In this document: one piece after another, positions 56,870 through 64,000 of the stretch
How the letters are laid out: every line of letters begins with the position of its first letter
Numbering within the stretch: position 1 is the stretch's first letter
The notes under the pieces: generated by a model
Told to the model about the DNA's origin: nothing
The model's input: the letters and a program-made list of their open reading frames with translations, nothing else
Database searches by the model: none
Translations under genes and position numbers: made by a program
NCBI RefSeq assembly: GCF_001447785.1
Contig: NW_015176007.1
Coordinates: forward strand, 361,088 to 425,087
Reading direction: 5' to 3'
DNA length: 64,000 nucleotides
DNA from: Gekko japonicus
Lineage: Eukaryota

Positions 56870-57352
56870 TTTTATTTATTTATTTACATCTTAGATTTCT
56901 AGCCTGCCCTCCTCTGTACAACAGGGCTCAGAGTGGCTGACAATAGTAGTCATATAAATAATATTCATAATTTGAAAATTATGAAAACAACTCTTACAGT
57001 ACTACAGGCAACTGGTAAATTGGTATATAAAAAGGGAACCCCGACATGGTGCCCCTCATCCAGGGGAGAATAAATATCACACAGAATGGTAAATAGAGAA
57101 TAACCAACAGGGGAGTGGGGAAGGGATACGGGGGAGGGAGGGAGGGAGGCCAGCCTTGATGGAAACAAATTGCTGTCCTCAGCCATAGGCCTGGCGGAAC
57201 ATCTCTGTCTTACATGCCCTATGGAACTGCATTAGATCCCACAGGGCATGGATCTCACTTGGCAGAGAGTTCCACCAGGCCTGGGCCAGGGCCAAAAAAG
57301 GGCCGGCTCTCGTCGAGAATAGCCGGATACTGTTCAGGCCAGGGATCACCAG
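56870..57352 (-). mobile_element. L2-clade LINE 3' fragment
   Basis: Minus ORF end ...WWNSLPSEI...FHRACKTEMFRQAYG*, typical of an L2 ORF2 C-terminus, followed by 3'UTR and an (AAAT)n tail near 56870-56885. Confidence 0.75.
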
Positions 57353-58327
57353 CTTGCGGGGTAGGGCGGGGTGTAAATTTAATAAATAAATAAAATAAAT
57401 GCATAAAATAAGTTGTTGTCCATTGAGCATAATGCTCTTTGGGTTTTGCGGCTCACCTACATTTATGGGTGCAAATGCTAAAAATGCCCTAACCTAGTTT
57501 AACTTGGGGCCAGGATCACAGGGGTGGGGCCTGGGTTTGGCCGGGAAGCTTCCAGGCTGGTGCAGGATTCCGTCTTTTTGTGCTCGTTGCACAGTGCTGC
57601 AGCTTGCCAAGGGCATGTTGAGCTCAGACGCGGTGAGCAAAGGGGAGCTTGGCTGGTGTCTGCAAAGCTGGGAGGATGGGGGTTATGTGTATGTCCATCC
57701 AGCACATTTTCCTTGGGCCAAGGAGGTACTTGGGATTTGTTTGTGTTTGTGGTTGAGGCATGCACAGGCAACCCCATGGCCAGTGGATGAAGCATGAGCC
57801 GCTGAGGATGGGTGGCCAGGTCTTGGAGGCCTCTGCGCCAGGGATGCACGGTCAGCCTATGTGATTGGCAGGCAGTCCAAAGTCTGGCCTGATCAGTATA
57901 GCAGAACCTGTTGCAGCCTTCAGGGATCCTGGGACACCCAAGAGGTTTTTGCCTGGTATGGCTGCCTAAGCCCAGCTTTAGCTCCGTGTGGGTACGTGTG
58001 CCTTTACGTATGTTTCACTTTCCCCCAAGACATGTGACTCAGCTCACTTCTGTGAGTCAGCTGCAGCCAGATATCTGCTCTGCAGGCACCTCTTTGATGT
58101 GGCTGTTTGCTGTTCCTTTCTCCCTTTTCACAAGAGACAGGCAAGGCCTCCCATTTCTCTCTTGGTTTCTGTTTCTTGGGCAGGTTCTGCTTCTTCAGCT
58201 GGCTTCTGCTCTTCAGAGCAGAACCCAAGCAAAAGGAGGAACCCTTCCGTATATAAAAGGAGCTGCAGATACCCCTGAAAGACAGCTGCAAGGATGCTGG
58301 GTAAACTTTAAAAAGGCAAAAAATTAG

Positions 58328-58751
58328 AGGAGGCTGAAGTTGGTTCCTTATTCGCACTTCCTTATTCATTCCTTATTCGTTACTTATTCGTGCAGTCATT
58401 CAGAAGCACTAAGGAGAGTTGGAAAGCTCTGAACCCCAAAATAAGGTCTGGACCGCCACATATCATATACCCCCCACATTCACAGGACTCTCCCCTTCCA
58501 GGGGACACATTCTGTGTGCTTGTCCAAAGCACGGTTCTGGTGCCAGCTGCTCCAAAGTGCGTGCCCCTAGGACAATCACACAAGCAGACACTGGGGCCAG
58601 GCTGCACACCCCCCCCCCCAAAAAAAAAATCTTTAAGCACACAGAATGTGTCCCCTGGAACTCTCCTTAGTGCTTCTGAATGACTGCACGAATAAGTAAT
58701 GAATAAGGAATGAATAAGGAAGTGCGAATAAGGAACCAACTTCAGCCTCCT
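58328..58751. mobile_element. foldback/MITE with ~93-bp terminal inverted repeats
   Basis: 58328-58420 is the near-perfect reverse complement of 58659-58751; a second inverted pair lies at 58496-58521 / 58635-58660. Confidence 0.85.
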
Positions 58752-61565
58752 AAAAATAAGCCAGGTTTTGGTGGCACCTCTGGATGTTATTTTTCTGTTC
58801 CTATCTGTGCACTGGAACTGCTCTCTTGTTTCAGAATATCTTTGCAACATTTGTTCTGTCTACTCTGGTTTCTGGATTGCATTAGGTGACCTGGGCTTTG
58901 CAGCCTTGCCTGACATTCCAGGCTGGACTAGATGGTCTTGGAGCACCTTTCTTCATTTATGCTTCAAGAGCAGCAGTCAGCCCTGGTGTGAACATGGCGT
59001 TTCCTAGCAACCAGCTACAGTGTTACAGTTTCCAAAAACCAGTGGAAACAATTGTTGTTCTTGTAGTTGCTTTTCTTCTCCCTCCCCCCCCCCCAGGTAA
59101 TTCTATGCACTTTCTTATGGGTGGAGGGAGACTGGAGCGTAAGGAATCTCCTGTCAGCTGCTTTGCAAAGTGATGTGGGCTCACATTTCAGCCTGCCAGC
59201 TCTGTGCTCATGGAACAGGCGTGGAACTGCTGCTGTGGATGTTTTTCAGGGTGCCTCCCACCCTCAGAGCTCTCCAGTGTCCTAGGCATGACCCTTCTCT
59301 CTTGGATGTGATCTGCAGTTGAGGAGAAAGGCGGGGGAGTGCTTGTGCAGATGTTGCATCCAGACAATCTAAAGTCTGTAAGCTGCACTAATTGATCGAA
59401 TGTGCATGCATGCGCTTATTTTAAGAACAAAAGAATTACTGTGATCGTCTGAAGGGTCCATATAGTTCAGCATCCTGTTTCCACCCTCACCATCTCTGTG
59501 TCTTTGGGAAGCCTCTAAGCAAGACAAGTAGGCAACAACTGCCCCCTGCTGTTGCTCCCTCCCTGTACCAGCCAGCTGGCATTCAGAGTTTCACTGCCTT
59601 TGAGGTCCCATTTGGTCCATCACGGCTCCTCCCTGAATTTGTCTCATTCCTCTTTAAAGCCAACTGAAGCTAGTGCCTGTCACCCCATCTTGTGGCAGTG
59701 AGTTCCACAAGTTAATTGTATGTCGATTATAGAAAGAGTTAAAGGAATTATGCGGTGAATGGGAGGAGCAAGAAAGCCCTGAGCAAGTGCTCAGGCCTCA
59801 CCATTTGGCCAATAGAAATCTGGCCTGGTCCTCTTCTCACTTCTGCAAGTAACCGACCCGTTCTGAGCTTTGACTGCAGTGCTCACTTATCTTTTCTTGC
59901 ATCTCTTACAGTGTCTCCCCCTGTTGTCCAGAGATGAGCTTTACTTCAAAATAGATGTATATGTTCTCAAGCTGCTGGGTTCTGCAGTGGCCATCTGTCT
60001 GGTTCCTGCCAGGCAGGCCCTTTTTCTCCTGCAAGGGAGAGGGCCTTTTCTGCAGAGAAGCCTCATGTCTGGAACAACCTCTCAGGAGAGATTCACCCTG
60101 TGCCTCCCCTGGCAAGTTTCAGGCACCAGGCAGAAACGTTCCTTTTTACTCATGTTTTGCGATTTCTTACTGTTGTGGTTTTAGGTTTAGATTTTTTTGG
60201 GTATGTTGTATTTTTCTCTTTTTCTATGGCCGTGCGCTGTCTTGTGAGCTTGAAAGGGTCGAAAATGTGGGGTACATGTTTTTAAAATTAACTTCATGTT
60301 TTTTAAATCTCACTGTTTTCCCAAGGGACTCAGGGTAGTGCATCTGATTTCTCCTGACTCCATTTTGTCTCGCCCTATAAGCTAGGCTGCAGCAGCCCCA
60401 ATAGCCCAAACTAGCCTATTCTCACCAAAGCTTGGAAGTTACGCAAGGTCAGTACTTGGATGGGAGATGACCACCAAGGAAGATGGAGGCTGCTGTGCTG
60501 AGGAAGGCCATGGCACCCCACCTCTGCTCATCTCTTGCCTTGAAAACCCCATCAGGTGGAACTTCATGGGGCCACCATAAATCAATTGGAACTCAGTCAC
60601 ACCCTTAATTCATGAGCTAATCTAGGCTGAAAGAGGTGGCCTGACCTAAGGTCACCGAGCGAGCTTCATGGCTGAATGGGGTTTCGAACCCGTCTCTTCA
60701 GTTCTCATTTGGCACCTCTAACCACTACCCCACACTGACTCCCCAGTAAATTGCATACTGGTGTGGGAGACTGGTAGAAGGAACACAAACTGCCTGGTTC
60801 CACTGCAGCAGTCAGCTTTTGTGTGTCTTGAAAAAACAGCATCCCAGATATTAACTCAGTCTGTGAGGCAGAAATGGAAAATACGCTAATGGCCTGTCTG
60901 TATAAAACTGGTGTTTGGCCCGCTGTCGGGATCTTTTCCCTTTCTTCTCTTTGGCTCTCTGGATGAGGTAGTAAATTCTTGCTGTGTAGGGCTGTATGGC
61001 CTGGGAGACTCTGGAGGGGCCCCCCTGAACCCTTTAGGGTTGACGTACAAAGACTATTTTATAGGCAGTAAATGTTTCAAAAAGTGAAGCCAGCGAGTAG
61101 ATTTTCCTCCCAGGGCCCTGGAATAAAGCTTGCCCTTTTCCAGACGCTTCCCCGTCCTAGTCTGGGTGGCGGTGCTTAGCAGAACACAAAGAGCCTCACT
61201 TCTTAGAAAGAAGAGTTCCTACGCCTTGCACTGATCTTAATGGGTTGTCTCTGGTGCCGGGTAGGGGGGTGGGGTGGAGGAATTCTCCAATATACAAAAG
61301 GCCCATTGAGGGATTACGTCAGGCAAGCAGGAGACCAAACGTGGGAAAGACTCGTAGGTTCCCCACGGAACAGAGAGCACCAAGGCAGTGTGGGCAGTGA
61401 GGCAGTGCGTTCCAAACGGTCCTGGGATCCCTTGGGGTTTCTCGGACACTTCTGAGGCATTCCTAAAAGAGAGGATCTCTAATGGCAGAAGAGGAGTTCC
61501 CTGAAGAGTAGCTTGTCCACCAAGCGTAATCTTCCTTTTCAGTAGACATCCAGAGGTGCAGGAGC

Positions 61566-61771
61566 CAATGTTCCCTCTAAGCCGTGGAGTCTTGTGAGCA
61601 AATATTCTACTTTGTGAGCTACTGGCATTAACGTTGTGAGCGAGCAATTTGGCTACTGCATAAATTAGTTTGCTCTGGAGCCATCCTTCCTGAGCTAAGA
61701 CAAAAAGGTGTGAGCCGGAGTCTAAAAAACTGTGAGCTAGCTCACACTAACTCAGCTTAGAGGGAACAGTG
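61566..61771. mobile_element. hAT-type MITE, copy 3
   Basis: Same family as 11002-11205; perfect 8-bp TSD GCAGGAGC (61558-61565/61772-61779). Confidence 0.9.
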
Positions 61772-62292
61772 GCAGGAGCTGTGGCTTAGTAGCGGAGCAC
61801 CTGCTTCGCATGCAGGACGTCTCAGGCTCTTTCCTTGGCATCTGGGATTAAGGAGCTCAGCCAGCAGGCACTGGGAAAGACTTTCCTCTGCCTCCATAAG
61901 AGAGATGGTGCCGGTCCAAGTAGATGATTGGTCTAGATAGACCTGTGGTATAAGCCAGCTTCATACGTTCTGAGAAGAGAGTTGGGTATGTTTTAATCTA
62001 GGGCATCCTGTAGGGAACTGAGTGCGACCCCCGAGAATGCTTTGCAATGCACAGCAGATGGTGCGGGGGTGGGGGGGCGCTTCATGCTTGAGACAGAATG
62101 GAAAAAGGGCTCCCTGAGTGTCTTGCTGCCTCTGCTGCAGGCTTAATGTCTGGCCTTGGGGAAAGCAGCTGTCTCTCAGTTCTCTGCCTGTAAAGGGGGA
62201 CCAACGTGGTTCTGCCTCACAGGACTTTCCCCTCAGCAGCCGGTGCTAAAACCCCATTTCTCTTTTCTCTCTCCACAGTGCCCGTCTCTACA

Positions 62293-62478
62293 ATGTGTGA
62301 GATGGGGCTGGCCTCCCTGGAGCTGTCCAGTCTCTCACCGTACTGCGGGGAGACCCCTGACGCTTACTGCCACGATGACCGCTGGCAGAGGCTGCGCACA
62401 GCTGTCAGGAGACTGGAATTCTGGGAAAACTTTGATGTCGAATTGATAGGCAGTGGCTTTTTTTCCAAGGTGTACAAG
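62293..62478 (+). CDS. TESK-family (dual specificity testis-specific protein kinase-like) first coding exon; gene continues beyond window
   Basis: Acceptor at 62277-62278, ATG 62293, donor AAG|GTATGA at 62478. Peptide ...[32 protein letters not shown] has the GxGFF glycine-rich loop of the TESK/LIMK family and a TESK-like pre-kinase helix. Confidence 0.78.
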
Positions 62479-64000
62479 GTATGACGATTATGTTGTCTGA
62501 AAGCAAACTGCAGCTTGTAAAACCCATTCCCTGCGATTTTCCAGAATAACTTTCTTTGCCGGCAGTCCATTCTGTACTTTCAGGTGGTTGAGGAGATTGT
62601 GACATCATGAGCAAAGAACGGGGGTAGTGTCTTGCCTGGCACATCTTGACTACACATTTTAAATTGGTGAACAATCACCACATTCCTCCAGGGCTCTAAG
62701 ATCTGTGTTTTGTGAGGTTGTTGGCTGTTCTTTGTTAGAGATCCGTCACCCCATATAGAACTACACTCGCTTGAGTTTCTAAACTGGGAGACACCTTGAC
62801 AGGTCAGCCACTGGTTTCCGCTTGTAACGCAGGCACACCCTTCAATGACACAGCCCTAGCAATGATTCTCCTCTTTACTGCAAACTCAGCACACATCGGA
62901 AAGTAGAAGGAATGGTGCTTTAATTCAGAATTATCCAAGACTCATTGGGAGGTCATCAAGTAAGAAAATATGGTCACTGAGACAGTGGTCCAAGGCTGAA
63001 GAATCATTCACTTAAGAAAGCTGGGGTTCTTGACTGAACAAAAGAAAAAGGAAGATTGGCCATAAAATTGTGTCTTCCCTGCCTGCTGATTTTCCTTTCC
63101 GGATGCCTCCCTGGGCAATTGTGAGCTGGCTCCTGATCTGTCATTCCCACCTACTCATTTCTGCCTCTCTCTTGCCCCCACTTGTTAGCAAATTGCTGTG
63201 GTGACGATTGCTGTATTTTTGTTCTCAGTGATCTTTTTACAGGCCCTGCCACTGCATGGGATTTTTTGACATGCATCGTTTCAGAGAAAAAGAGCTTTGC
63301 ACAAAAAGAAGTAGTGTTTAAGGACAGGCATGACCCCCCCCCCTTTTATTTGAGGAAGAAGAGGGAAACTCTGGGCTTTTGTACATTTTTTCGGGTATGA
63401 GTGGTAGTGTATCATGTCAGAGAAACCTGTACTGTCTCCTTATAATTTTGTACTATAGAAAAATATCCAGTGTTTGAATTTGCCTAGTACCCTGGAGGTA
63501 GCTCACACAGGATCCTGGATCTTTCAGCAGCCCATGGGTTCTTGGCCACGAGGCTAGTGCCTTGGAGGCCTGGGTTCAAATCCTGTCTTATTCAGCTCTA
63601 AAGCCTGCTAATTGGCCTTGGTCAAGTCACTGACTGTCAGGCTGATCTGCCTCACAGGTATGGTGTGAGGCTAAAAATGCCACTCTGAGTTCTTTGGAAG
63701 GATGGGATGCTAACAGAGCAAGCAAAGTGGGGTGGCCAGCTGTCTAATTGCCTGCCTTTTAACCAAGTCAATTAGACTTAAATGTATTTGCACAGCTGCA
63801 CTATGTGTGCCTGCTTTGAGATGCTGAAGGACGTGGCAGGTGGCTTGCTATTTAGGAGACTTATTTATTTATTTATCATATGGCAGAGTTACACACAGGA
63901 AACATATAATAATATAAAATACATAACTAAATCAATACAATGGGTATGCAGACCAATTGGATAATCCCCCTAAATACTAATATTCACATTTTCAGTCCAC

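Noticed and set aside
58340-58400. Spaced short repeats suggestive of a CRISPR-like array
   Set aside because: Eukaryotic context, 6-nt units without spacers, part of a transposon terminal inverted repeat.

Overview
Vertebrate genomic DNA, most likely squamate and probably gecko, judged from Sauria/Squam-type and 5S-derived SINEs. It is syntenic with the mammalian UAP1L1-MAN1B1-DPP7 block. The window holds the last three coding exons of UAP1L1 (+), a complete 13-exon MAN1B1 (+, 676 aa) and a complete 13-exon DPP7 (-, 482 aa), all traced by hand with GT-AG junctions and continuous frame. It also holds the first coding exon of a divergent TESK-family kinase (+). The most striking feature is an apparently intact 4-coding-exon BTB-BACK-Kelch gene (~614 aa, +) nested antisense inside DPP7 intron 8. 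The same intron carries a Penelope-like fragment with a hammerhead-ribozyme-like motif in the DPP7 sense orientation. Other observations are a strong-Kozak uORF ahead of MAN1B1 resembling the mammalian N-terminal extension, a young 5'-truncated L1 with a 12-bp TSD, hAT and Harbinger-like MITEs with TSDs, a solo LTR, a foldback element and a chimeric SINE. Family names come from motif recognition and memory, not database searches.
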